From the NCBI GenBank assembly GCA_046350455.1, contig JAXMAM010000001.1:57130-121129 (forward strand): 64,000 nucleotides of DNA, given 5' to 3'. The position numbers and the translations under genes were made by a program. Shown one piece after another: positions 39,529 through 48,606 of the stretch. Below the pieces are notes generated by a model that did no database searches, was not told the origin of the DNA, and saw only the letters and a list, made by a program, of their open reading frames with translations. Position 1 is the stretch's first letter. Every line of letters begins with the position of its first letter. Origin of the DNA: Phycisphaerales bacterium. GTDB taxonomy: Bacteria > Planctomycetota > Phycisphaerae > Phycisphaerales > SM1A02.

Positions 39529-41023
39529 AATCGTCCGCGTGGCCGAAGAGCGCGCGCACCACGCTGGCCATCCGGTCGGGCACAGCCAGCGCCACTTCGT
39601 CGCCTACCTCGAACACCGTGTCGCCACGCACGCGCTCTGCACGGCCGTTGCGCACCAGGAGCGCCACGGTCACCTCGCCGGGTAGCTTGGCCTCGGCCAG
39701 CGTCTTGCCCGCCACGGGCGAATCCGGATGCACGGGCATCATGATGAGCGCAGCGTCCATGGGCTGCGCGGTCACAATGTCAATGGTGGCCGAAGCCTGC
39801 GGCGCGGGCGGCAGCCGCAGCCGCAGCATGCCCATCACCCAGCGCACCGTGGCGCCAGGAATCACATTGCCTACGATCACGCAGAAGAACACCACCTTGA
39901 AGATGATCTGCAGTTCGTCGTTGCGCGTGTCGCCCGCGCTGACCATGAGCGGGATGGTCATCAGGATGACCGGCACTGCGCCGCGCAGCCCCAGCCACGC
40001 CACGCCTGCGATCTCGCTGGCTGGGAAGCCAAACGGCCACAGCACCAGGGTGACCACCAGCGGCCGTGTGATCAGCGCCAGCGCCAGCGCCAGCACGGTG
40101 CCGCCCACCGCCACAGGGAACTCCACCATCACAGCCGGATTCACCACGAACCCCAGCGCCACAAACATGACGATCTGCGCCAGGTACGCCATGGTGGCGT
40201 GGAACCGGATGAGCGTGGCGCTGAATGGCAGCTGCCGGCTGTTGCGCAGGTACAGCGCTGCCATGAACACCGCCAGCAGCCCGCTGGCGTGCAGGCTCTC
40301 TGCCACGCCATATGCCAGCAGCGCCACCGCCAGCGTGCGCGCGGGGTAGGCCTCGGGCGCGTCGTCGCGGAAGTGCTGGATGGCGTTCATGGCCACCCAG
40401 CCGATGAACACGCCCAGAAACGCGCCGCCTATCAGCTTCCACGCGATCCCCGGCAGCACCATCCAGCTGAAGCCGTCCCCCATGCTCATGGCTGTGAACG
40501 TGGCCACCAGGATGAACGCCATGGGGTCGTTCAGGCCGCTCTCCAGCTCCACGGTCTCCTTCACGCGGCCAGCGATGCGCTCGCCGCCCAGGATCTGCAG
40601 CACGCTGGCTGCGTCGGTGGAGCCCAGCACGGCGCCCAGGATGAGCGCTGCTGCAAAGGTGATGCCCGGAATGAGCAGCCACGCCACCACGCCGGTCACC
40701 AGGCTGATGCCCAGCACGCCCACCGTGGCCAGCGCGACCGCAGGCCAGAACACGCCGCGCACGCGCCGCAGGTCCGTGCACAGCCCGCCGTAGAACAGGA
40801 TGAGCGACAGCGCCACGTTGCCCACCACGTAGAGCACGTCGTAGTCGCCCACAGCGCTGCGCAGCTCTGGCTGGCGCCCCAGCGCCATGCCCAGCGCGAT
40901 GAACACCAGCGCCGTGGGAATGCCCAGCCGGCTGCTGGCCCGAGCGCTGAACGCAGCCGCGCCCAGGAGCAGCCCTGTGAGAGCCAGCAGCACTGGGAGC
41001 GTGTAGAAGAGCGCGCTTGACAT
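39527..41023 (-). CDS. CPA1-family Na+(K+)/H+ antiporter (NhaP-type) with C-terminal TrkA-C/RCK_C domain
   Basis: Start [15 protein letters not shown]. 10-12 TM helices. C-terminus ...[44 protein letters not shown]. The stop TGA overlaps the last 2 nt of the MITE TIR. Confidence 0.7.
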   Translation of the reverse strand: MSSALFYTLPVLLALTGLLLGAAAFSARASSRLGIPTALVFIALGMALGRQPELRSAVGDYDVLYVVGNVALSLILFYGGLCTDLRRVRGVFWPAVALATVGVLGISLVTGVVAWLLIPGITFAAALILGAVLGSTDAASVLQILGGERIAGRVKETVELESGLNDPMAFILVATFTAMSMGDGFSWMVLPGIAWKLIGGAFLGVFIGWVAMNAIQHFRDDAPEAYPARTLAVALLAYGVAESLHASGLLAVFMAALYLRNSRQLPFSATLIRFHATMAYLAQIVMFVALGFVVNPAVMVEFPVAVGGTVLALALALITRPLVVTLVLWPFGFPASEIAGVAWLGLRGAVPVILMTIPLMVSAGDTRNDELQIIFKVVFFCVIVGNVIPGATVRWVMGMLRLRLPPAPQASATIDIVTAQPMDAALIMMPVHPDSPVAGKTLAEAKLPGEVTVALLVRNGRAERVRGDTVFEVGDEVALAVPDRMASVVRALFGHADD

Positions 41024-41051
41024 GGTGGCCAGTCCGGGGACGATACCCCGC

Positions 41052-42368
41052 ATGCAGCAGGCCTTCCCATCTGTCCAGCAGGTGCGCTACGAGGGCCCTG
41101 CCACCACCAACCCGCTTGCGTTCCGCCACTATGACCCGAGCGCGCTGGTGGAAGGCAAGCCCATGCGCGACCACCTGCGCTTTGCTGCGTGCTACTGGCA
41201 CACCATGCGCAACGGGCTGGCGGATCCCTTCGGCGCGCCCACGGCGCTCATGCCATGGGACGATGGCAGCAGCTCGGTGGACAACGCGCTGCGCCGGGTG
41301 GACGTGTTTATCGAGTTCCTCACCAAGTGCCAGATTGACTGGTACTGCTTCCACGACCGCGACCTTGCCCCGGAAGGCGCCACGCTCCGCGAGAGCAACA
41401 CCACCCTGGACCGCGTGGTGCAGCACCTGGCTGCGCAGACCAAGGCCGCTGGAAAGCGCCTGCTGTGGGGAACTGCCTGCCTGTTTGCCCACCCGCGCTA
41501 CCTGGCTGGCGCTGGCACCAGCCCCAGCGTGCAGGTCTTTGCGCACGCTGCAGCGCAGGTGAAGAAGGCCATGGAAGTGACGCACCAGCTGGGCGGACAG
41601 GGGTACGTCTTCTGGGGCGGGCGCGAGGGCTACACCAGCCTGCTCACCAAGGACATGCCGCGAGACCTGCGCCACCTGGCCAGCCTGCTGCACATGGCCG
41701 CTGCGTGGAAGAAGGAGCTGGGCTTCAGCGGCCAGCTGTACATCGAGCCCAAGCCGCGCGAGCCCAGCGTGCATCAGTACGACTACGACGCCGCCACCGT
41801 GCTCTCCTTCCTGCGCGAGCACGGCCTGCTGGGCACGTACACGCTGAACATCGAGACCAACCACGCCACGCTGGCCGGCCATGAGATGGAGCATGAGCTG
41901 CGCGTGGCTGCAGCAGCCAACGCGCTGGGCAGCATTGACGCCAACATGGGCACGCCCCACTGCGACTGGGACACAGACCAGTTCCCCACCGACCTCTACC
42001 TGACCACGCGCGTCATGCTGGTGGTGCTGGGCATGGGCGGGTTCACCACAGGCGGCCTGAACTTTGACGCCAAGCGCCGCCGCGAAAGCTGGGAGCCAGA
42101 GGACCTCTTCCGCGCGCACATCGCTGGCATGGACGCCTTTGCCTGCGGGCTGAAGGCAGCGGCTGCCATCCGCGCAGATGGCCGCCTGGCCCAGGCGCTG
42201 CGCGACCGGTACGGCAGCTGGGACACGCCGCTGGGCCAGCGCATCGAGGCAGGCAGCGCCACCATGGCAGAGCTGGAAGCCATGGTGCTGGACGCCGCAG
42301 TGCCGCCACCTCCCAGCGGGCAGCAGGAGCGGCTGGAAGCGCTCTTCAACCAGTTCATCCAGGGGTGA
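41052..42368 (+). CDS. xylA: xylose isomerase
   Basis: [28 protein letters not shown]..., FHDRD, WGGREG and further conserved blocks. About 438 aa. Divergent from the antiporter, 28 nt apart. Confidence 0.85.
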   Translation: MQQAFPSVQQVRYEGPATTNPLAFRHYDPSALVEGKPMRDHLRFAACYWHTMRNGLADPFGAPTALMPWDDGSSSVDNALRRVDVFIEFLTKCQIDWYCFHDRDLAPEGATLRESNTTLDRVVQHLAAQTKAAGKRLLWGTACLFAHPRYLAGAGTSPSVQVFAHAAAQVKKAMEVTHQLGGQGYVFWGGREGYTSLLTKDMPRDLRHLASLLHMAAAWKKELGFSGQLYIEPKPREPSVHQYDYDAATVLSFLREHGLLGTYTLNIETNHATLAGHEMEHELRVAAAANALGSIDANMGTPHCDWDTDQFPTDLYLTTRVMLVVLGMGGFTTGGLNFDAKRRRESWEPEDLFRAHIAGMDAFACGLKAAAAIRADGRLAQALRDRYGSWDTPLGQRIEAGSATMAELEAMVLDAAVPPPPSGQQERLEALFNQFIQG

Positions 42369-42427
42369 GCGGGCGCAGGGGCGGGTCCCGCGCAGGCGGC
42401 CCACGCAGCGCCGCGGGGCCCGCAGGC

Positions 42428-43429
42428 CTACGGCGGCGGGATGTACGTGTACGTGCCGCCCGTGTCCTCTGCGATGCGCTTCAGCACTGGCTCTGCAGCC
42501 TGCGAGTAGAACGCGATGGTGTGGATGACCACCTTGTGGTCCCCGTTGTACTGGTCCAGCACGTTGTCCACGGGCGCGCCGTTGAACTCGCCGTCGGTCA
42601 TCAGGTAGATGGTGTCGGGCCGCGGCTCGCGCAGCGCGATGCGCAGGGCTTCGGTGGGGTCGGTGCCGCCGCCGCGCTCCTGGGCGCGCAGCCACTCGAT
42701 GGCAGCCTTCTTGTTGGCATCCGTGGCGGCCACCAGCGAGCCGGGCGGCATGGCCAGGGCTGTGTCGTCAAAGAACACAATCAGGAACGCGCCGTTGTTG
42801 GGCAGTTTCTCAATGGACCGGCGCAGCTCCAGCTTGGTGTGCACCAGCTTCTGGCCAGCCATGCTGCCAGAGAAGTCAATCACATAGACCACGCGGCGCG
42901 AATCCGTCCGCACGCCCATGAACTCTGTGCCGCCGCGGGTGCCAGAGGCGCCCTCCACGCCGTGGCTGTCGCCAGAGCCCACCACTGGCGGCGCAGCAGG
43001 TGGCGCCACGGGCTGCGGTTCCTCGTCTGGCAGCGTGAAGCCAAACTTGGGCGGCGTCTGCTCAGCAGGCGGTGCGTTGCTGGGCGGACCGCTGGCCACA
43101 GCGGGGGAGCCAGCCCCAGGGCCCACGCCACCCGTTGCGTCCATCACATCGTTGCCGCCGCTCCCTGCACCGGTGCCCTTTTCACCAGACCCGGGACCAT
43201 TGCCGTGCGTGCCAGTGCCAGTGCCTGTGCCGCCGCCAGCGCCACCAGTGCCATGCCCATAGCCCAGGCCACCTCCGCGCAGCTGGCCATCTGGCCGGGC
43301 TGCATCTGATCCCGCCAGCCAGGCAGCCACGCACAGCACCATGGCTGCCACAAAGGTGGCTGCGATGCCCACCACCGCGGTCAGCCGCTCGTGTGGTTCG
43401 CAGGTGGTGCCGGTATTGACGTGCTGCAT
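42428..43429 (-). CDS. membrane-anchored von Willebrand factor type A (vWA) domain protein
   Basis: N-terminal TM, Gly-rich linker, then VVYVIDFSGSMAGQKL (the MIDAS motif DxSxS) ...TDGEFN. Divergent from the operon, about 65 nt apart. Confidence 0.6.
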   Translation of the reverse strand: MQHVNTGTTCEPHERLTAVVGIAATFVAAMVLCVAAWLAGSDAARPDGQLRGGGLGYGHGTGGAGGGTGTGTGTHGNGPGSGEKGTGAGSGGNDVMDATGGVGPGAGSPAVASGPPSNAPPAEQTPPKFGFTLPDEEPQPVAPPAAPPVVGSGDSHGVEGASGTRGGTEFMGVRTDSRRVVYVIDFSGSMAGQKLVHTKLELRRSIEKLPNNGAFLIVFFDDTALAMPPGSLVAATDANKKAAIEWLRAQERGGGTDPTEALRIALREPRPDTIYLMTDGEFNGAPVDNVLDQYNGDHKVVIHTIAFYSQAAEPVLKRIAEDTGGTYTYIPPP

Positions 43430-43494
43430 GGCGTGCAGGCGGAAAGTTCGCAGGTTCGCTGTGAATCTGGTCAGGGACGCCCGGAAAGCCGCCT

Positions 43495-44981
43495 TTGACT
43501 AGCGTATACGGAAGGGAACACGCCCTCTCCCACAACATTCACGAGGGAATCTTGACCCGCACGCTCAAGTCTTCCTGCACCTGCCCCCATTGCTGGCACC
43601 GTTTCCGGCCCGACGAGGTCATGTGGATCGCCGCCCACCCCGAACTGGTGGGCGACAACCTGCTGTCCGCAGAAGACCCGGTGCGCTTCCTGCCCAGCCG
43701 GTTTACGCCCGATGGGCACGCGCTGGACCCAGGTGGCCAGCCCACCCGCCGCCTGGCCTGCCCGCATTGCCATCTGGAGGTGCCGCAGCTGGTGCTGGAG
43801 CGCCCCATGGTGTTCATGTCCATCGCGGGCAGCCCCTCCAGCGGCAAGAGCTACTTCCTGGCCAGCGCCATGTGGCAGATGCGCCAGGATCTGGCCCGCT
43901 TCTTCAGCGTGGCCTTCACCGACACCGACCCCGCCATGAACCGGATGATCGCCCACAACGAGGCGCGCCTGTTCCTGAACGAGGACGCCAACGCGCTGGT
44001 GGCCATCGAGAAGACCGAGATGGAAGGCGCGCAGTACAACTCGGTGCAGTTCGACCCGGGCGCTGCCACGCTCCTGGCGCATCCGTTCATCTTCACCGTG
44101 CGGCCTGGGCGCGACCATGTGAACGGACACGGCGCTGGGCGGCTGACCACGCTGCTGACCCTGTACGACAACGCAGGCGAGCACTTCATGCCGGGCGCAG
44201 ACACCACGCGCGCGCCAGGCACCAAGCACCTGGCCAAGTCGCAGGTGCTGATGTTTGTGTTCGACCCCACGCAGGACGTGCGCTTCCGCCAGCGGCTGCA
44301 GGCTGTCTCCAGCGACCCGCAGCTGGCGGCAGGGCGCCGCACCGTGCGCCAGGACCAGCTGCTGGTGGAGATGGCGCGCCGCATCCGCATGCATGCAGGC
44401 CTGTCGCCCACCGCGCGCATCAAGCGTCCGCTCTTCCTCCTCCTCAGCAAGAGCGACATCTGGAAGGACCTGCTGCGCGATTCCAGCAGCCAGCCGCTGG
44501 ACGTGATCACCCCGCCCTACACGCGCGAGCGCGTGGGCCTGGGCAAGATGGACATCCGCCGCGTGGATGCAGCCAGCGACGCAGTGCGCGCGCTCCTCAC
44601 GCAGCTGGCGCCAGAGATCGTCACCGCCGCAGAGGACGCCTTTGAACGCGTCATCTACGTGCCTGTGAGCGCCACCGGCACTTCGCCCGTGCTCGATCCG
44701 GCCAGCGGCCTCCTGAAGGTGGCGGTGTCCAAGATCGCGCCAGCGTGGTGCGCATGCCGTTCATCTACTCGCTGGCGCGCTGGTCCAAGCACATGATGGC
44801 CACCAACAAGAGCGAGCCGCCGGGGTCGTTCTATGAGGAGGATGAAGGCACGCCAGAGACGCCGCCACCCGGCCACCCAGATGATGCTGGCGATGCTGGC
44901 GAGGCAGATGCGTCCGACGCAGCAGCGCGCGACGCTGGCCCGCCGCTCACACCCGTGGAGGGCCACGTGGATGGCGCATGA
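43495..44981 (+). CDS. zinc-ribbon + P-loop GTPase (G1 GSPSSGKS, G3 DNAG, G4 SKSD, G5 SAT); probable frameshift near 44735-44750 (upstream frame stops at 44796, downstream frame continues to 44981)
   Basis: CTCPHCWHRF...CPHCH, then MVFMSIAGSPSSGKSYF, TLYDNAGE, LLLSKSDIW, YVPVSATG. A TTG start at 43495 or 43553 (the latter preceded by GAGGGA). A second frame with high GC3 runs 44716-44981 and overlaps the next gene's start. Confidence 0.5.
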
Positions 44982-45471
44982 GCTGGTGTACACCTCGGCT
45001 GCGCGCGGTCTGCGCGATGGCACCAGCGGCTTCTGCACGGTGGCCATGACGCGTGGGCTTCCGCTCACCTTGGTGCCGCGGCTGGAGACGCTGGGCGGGT
45101 ATCGCCCTGGACCAGCTGGCGATGGGCCAGTCGCGCTCTCCCGCGGCCGGGAGAAAGCGGCAGCGTGCTGGGTCTGCTCTTCTACGCGCTGGGTGGGACC
45201 CGCAGCGCCGGACCACACGCAGCGCAGCAACAAGATCGCCACTACCTGGTGCTGGACGAAGAACCGCATCGATGGCCCAGCATGGCTGCTGGTGCTGCTG
45301 CGCTGCTGCGGCCTGGCGCGGACCGCCGGCGTGGTGCTGGCCGAGCAGCCTGCGGCGCTCCCCACTGCGCCTGCCACTGGGCCAGCGCCCCGTCAGGCGG
45401 GGGCGCTACGCGCGTGCAGGCGACGCTGGCTGCAGGGGAAGCTGGCTTCCAGCGCTCGGTGCTGGCGATGA
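44968..45471 (+). CDS. small protein of unknown function (operon gene B)
   Basis: ATG within ATGGCGCATGA overlapping the upstream stop. GC3 favours this frame over most of its length. An ambiguous 45100-45190 stretch leaves the frame uncertain. Confidence 0.3.
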   Translation, partial: WMAHELVYTSAARGLRDGTSGFCTVAMTRGLPLTLVPRLETLGGYRPGPAGDGPVALSRGREKAAACWVCSSTRWVGPAAPDHTQRSNKIATTWCWTKNRIDGPAWLLVLLRCCGLARTAGVVLAEQPAALPTAPATGPAPRQAGALRACRRRWLQGKLASSARCWR

Positions 45472-46346
45472 GCAAGCCAGCGCATGTGATCTACCCCGCT
45501 GGCATGGATCCCATGCCGCTCATCCTGGAGGCGCAGCAGCTGCTTCCTGCCTGGGCGCGCTGGCGGGCCACCTTCAGCACCTACTTCCTGCAGCCCGTGG
45601 CGGGTGCGCCGTGCCTGTGGCGCTTCTGCCTGGATGGCACGCCTGCCGCAGATGCCGCGCGCGCCTCCAAGGGCGTGGTGATTGACCTGACCAGGCAGCT
45701 GGGTGAAGCACCCGATGGCCGCTATGTGCGCGCGGCGCGCTCGGGCTCCCTGGAGGGCGAGGCTCCCGCAAGCGCGCAGGCTGGAGCCGCCGCGCCCCGG
45801 GGCTCGCGGAGCGGCGGTGCTGCGTTTGACGAGGAAGAGCCACAGGGCGGCTTCGCAGAAGGGCCGAACGCTGGCAGGTTGATGGACGAGCACGGCGAGC
45901 CGATCGGATTGGCGCCGCTGGAGTCAGCCGCCTCCAGCCGCTCCAGGCGCTTGAAGTCCAGCACCGATCAGGGCAGCGGGCCCACCTTCCGGCTGAGCCC
46001 CGCTGTCATTGGCGCGATTGCTGGCGCTGGCACGCTGGCGCTGGTGGTGGTGGTGGCCGTGCTGTTCTCGCGCGGAAGCGGGCAGACGCCGCAGCAGCCG
46101 GATGAGGCGGAACTGTCGGGCCAGGCGCAGCCATCAGGCCAGGCAGCGCGTCAGGGCAAGGCGCCGCCAAAGGGCCTGCCGTGGCCTCCCAAGGAGCCGG
46201 GGCAACGGCAGCAGGTGGTGGTGCAGGCCCCGAGCCAGCGCCTGTGGAGCCGCAACCTGTTGGCACGCAACCTGTCCAAACACAGTCTGTCCAGCCACAG
46301 CCAGTCGAGCCACAGCCGGACAAGCCATCATCAAGCGAGCCATTGA
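45468..46346 (+). CDS. membrane protein with one TM helix and Pro/Gln-rich linker (operon gene C; probably continuous with 46181-47500 through a frame change)
   Basis: The ATGA overlap with the gene B stop is weaker evidence because that boundary is itself low-confidence. TM FRLSPAVIGAIAGAGTLALVVVVAVLF. GC3 is high until about 46200. The C-terminal SHSQSSHSRTSHHQASH tail looks out of frame. Confidence 0.4.
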   Translation: MSKPAHVIYPAGMDPMPLILEAQQLLPAWARWRATFSTYFLQPVAGAPCLWRFCLDGTPAADAARASKGVVIDLTRQLGEAPDGRYVRAARSGSLEGEAPASAQAGAAAPRGSRSGGAAFDEEEPQGGFAEGPNAGRLMDEHGEPIGLAPLESAASSRSRRLKSSTDQGSGPTFRLSPAVIGAIAGAGTLALVVVVAVLFSRGSGQTPQQPDEAELSGQAQPSGQAARQGKAPPKGLPWPPKEPGQRQQVVVQAPSQRLWSRNLLARNLSKHSLSSHSQSSHSRTSHHQASH

Positions 46347-47500
46347 CGGGCAACGCGCAGCCAGCGGCACCCACGCAGCCAGCGCAGCAGCCCACGCAGC
46401 CCACAGAGCCCACGCAGCCAGCGCAGCAGCCCACGCAGCCCACCGCGCCTGCGCAGCCAGCGCTGGTGCCAGCTCCAGCGCCGGACCGCCCTTCGCGGCA
46501 GGTGGTCATGCGCCTGGTGGAGAACGCGGACACGCTGTTTGCCAGCGTGCAGCTCAACCAGCTCTGGGGCATCACCGGTGCGCGGTTCGCGCCTCCGCCG
46601 CTCCTGCAGCAGCAGGGCGTGGTGGCAGAGGACAACCAGCTGCGCATGCCAGGCGTGCATCCTTCGGCGGTGGTGGAGCTGAAGGATGGCGGCATCCGCA
46701 TCAGCTTCCCTGTGCGCGGCAACGGGCTTGAGGCGCTGGCGTCGGTGATCCGCATGCGCACCAGCGCCAAGCCAACCGACTACGCCCGCGCAGTGCTGCG
46801 CCGTGTGCCGCTGCTCCTGACCGACGCCAACGGCGTGGTGGTGGCCACTGCGCGGGTGGAGGCAGAGCCGCGCGTGGAGCTCCGCCGCAACGCGCAGCAG
46901 GCGCAGCTGCCGCTGACCGTGCGCGAACTGGCCATCCGCGCCGCCGTGGTCCACGACACCCCGCAGGGGCGCGAGGAGCTGGACTCGCGCGAGATCATGC
47001 CCGGACAGTCGCTGCCGGTGAAGGGCCGCCACGGCGACCTGCTGGTGACCTTTGAGAACGCCTACTCCCTGGCCGTGACGCCAGAGTCTGCGTCCGCTGC
47101 CGCGGCAGAGCAGGCCCGGCTTGCAGACGAGATGCAGAAGATCAGCGCCCGCCTTGGCGCGGTGGCGGTCCTGCAGCGCAAGCTGAAGGGCGCGAGCAGC
47201 GTGACCGACACGGACGTGGCGCGCGCCATCACCGAAGTGCAGAACGCGCTGAACGACGACGAGAAGGAGCACACCAAGGATGCCAAGGGCAAGGCGCAGC
47301 CGCTGACGGACACAGAGACGCTCCAGCGCGTGCTGCCGCGCTTTGAGGCGCGCTGCAAGCTGGAGGCGGAGACCACGCGCACAGCGCTCCTGGAGGCGCA
47401 GAAGCGCTCCCGCACCACCCCGGACGACAAGCTGCGCGTGGAGTTCTACGGCACGGATGGCATGCTCCTGGGCGTGGTCCTCCCGGAAGGAAAGTCCTGA
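46181..47500 (+). CDS. Pro/Gln-rich linker (PVEPQPV.. / QPTQPTEPTQPAQQ repeats) plus about 330-aa C-terminal domain (operon gene D or 3' part of gene C)
   Basis: High GC3 from about 46210 to 47500. Stop overlaps the next start (TGATG at 47500). Confidence 0.45.
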   Translation: MASQGAGATAAGGGAGPEPAPVEPQPVGTQPVQTQSVQPQPVEPQPDKPSSSEPLTGNAQPAAPTQPAQQPTQPTEPTQPAQQPTQPTAPAQPALVPAPAPDRPSRQVVMRLVENADTLFASVQLNQLWGITGARFAPPPLLQQQGVVAEDNQLRMPGVHPSAVVELKDGGIRISFPVRGNGLEALASVIRMRTSAKPTDYARAVLRRVPLLLTDANGVVVATARVEAEPRVELRRNAQQAQLPLTVRELAIRAAVVHDTPQGREELDSREIMPGQSLPVKGRHGDLLVTFENAYSLAVTPESASAAAAEQARLADEMQKISARLGAVAVLQRKLKGASSVTDTDVARAITEVQNALNDDEKEHTKDAKGKAQPLTDTETLQRVLPRFEARCKLEAETTRTALLEAQKRSRTTPDDKLRVEFYGTDGMLLGVVLPEGKS

Positions 47501-48606
47501 TGCTGCACCTGACCACCTTGCTCTGCGTGCTGCTGCTCACGCCGCCACCGGTGCCGGGCGGCGCGCCCTTCAAGCCGCCGCTTGCACCGCGCAATCCGCC
47601 CGGGACGCGGCCCAACACGCCGCCCATCGGCCCGGGTGGCAAGCAGCCGCCCGCCACTCCCACCACGCCTTCGCAGCCCAAGGCGCCAGGTCCCACCAAG
47701 CCAGCGGACACCCAGTCTTCGCAGCCCGCCGAGGAGGCCAAGCCGCCAGCGGCCACCGTGGCGGACACGGATCTGGTGCTGCTGGACACCAAGCTGCTGG
47801 TGCCCAAGTTGGACGCCATGCACGACGTGCAGCCGCTCAGCGGCGTGATTGGGCGATGCCCATCCTCGGTGGTGTCGGCGGTGCCAGCGCTGCCAGATCA
47901 GAGCGGGGTGCTGACGTGGCAGACAGATCCTGACCAGGTGAGGCTGATGGCTCGCAACGCAGCGGGGCAGAGCAGCGTGCTGGGTGTGCTGCGCTGGAAG
48001 GGCGCCTCGCTGGAGTGGTCGTGGTCTCGCTGCAGCCAGTCTTCGTTCACGCAGGCGGTGGCCGACGCAGAGCGTCTCCTGCGCTGGATGACCATCCGGA
48101 TCACGCTGGAGGGCGGCAAGCAGAAGCTGGGCACTGCAGCAGCGCAGCGCGTGGTGCGCACGCTGCCTGGCTTTGGTGAGTCGGCCATCATGCAGCTTCC
48201 GCCCGTGCGTGGCCTGGTAGTGGTGCCAGAGGCATCCGCCGTGTGGACGGTTACGCCGCCAGGTGGTGGCCAGACCATCCACCTGGAGAGCCCTGCGGGC
48301 GGTCTGGACATCCGGGTGGACACGCAGCAGCGCCGGCTGGTGGCGGACTTCTCCGCAGCTGGCGGCAGCGTGACCGTGGCTGAGCTCAAGCAGACCATCG
48401 CAGACCGCACCAAGGAGCTGCAGCGCGCCACGCCAGACGAGAAGCTGCTGATCGAGGCGGAGATCCAGAAGCTGAAGAACGAATTGGCCGCGGCAGAGGC
48501 CGAGGCCCACAAGCGCGCCCCGTGGTCGCCGCTGCCTGTGCTGCGCATGCAGGACGAGGTGGGCCGCGTGGTGGCCGTGCTGGAACTGCAAGTGAAGGGA
48601 TCATGA
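47500..48606 (+). CDS. N-terminally anchored protein with TonB-like Pro-rich spacer and about 250-aa C-terminal domain (operon gene E)
   Basis: MLHLTTLLCVLLLT anchor, PPPVPGGAPFKPPLAPRNPPGTRPNTPPIGPGGKQPPATPTTPSQPKAPGPTKP, and a coiled coil at the C-terminus. Confidence 0.5.
   Translation: MLHLTTLLCVLLLTPPPVPGGAPFKPPLAPRNPPGTRPNTPPIGPGGKQPPATPTTPSQPKAPGPTKPADTQSSQPAEEAKPPAATVADTDLVLLDTKLLVPKLDAMHDVQPLSGVIGRCPSSVVSAVPALPDQSGVLTWQTDPDQVRLMARNAAGQSSVLGVLRWKGASLEWSWSRCSQSSFTQAVADAERLLRWMTIRITLEGGKQKLGTAAAQRVVRTLPGFGESAIMQLPPVRGLVVVPEASAVWTVTPPGGGQTIHLESPAGGLDIRVDTQQRRLVADFSAAGGSVTVAELKQTIADRTKELQRATPDEKLLIEAEIQKLKNELAAAEAEAHKRAPWSPLPVLRMQDEVGRVVAVLELQVKGS

Noticed and set aside
39780-42695. 971-aa minus-strand ORF spanning the antiporter/xylA region, and similar long antisense ORFs (5231-6481, 1322-2302, 56536-59250, 24584-25486, 31899-33854 and others)
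   Set aside because: These are Arg/Gly/Ala/His-rich shadow frames typical of 68% GC DNA. They lie antisense to genes with clear motifs and have lower GC3 than the chosen frames.
43430-43494. Sigma-70 promoter (TTGACT at 43494) for the operon
   Set aside because: No acceptable -10 hexamer lies at the right spacing, and TTGACT overlaps the putative TTG start. The control region probably lies in this interval, but I cannot define the elements.
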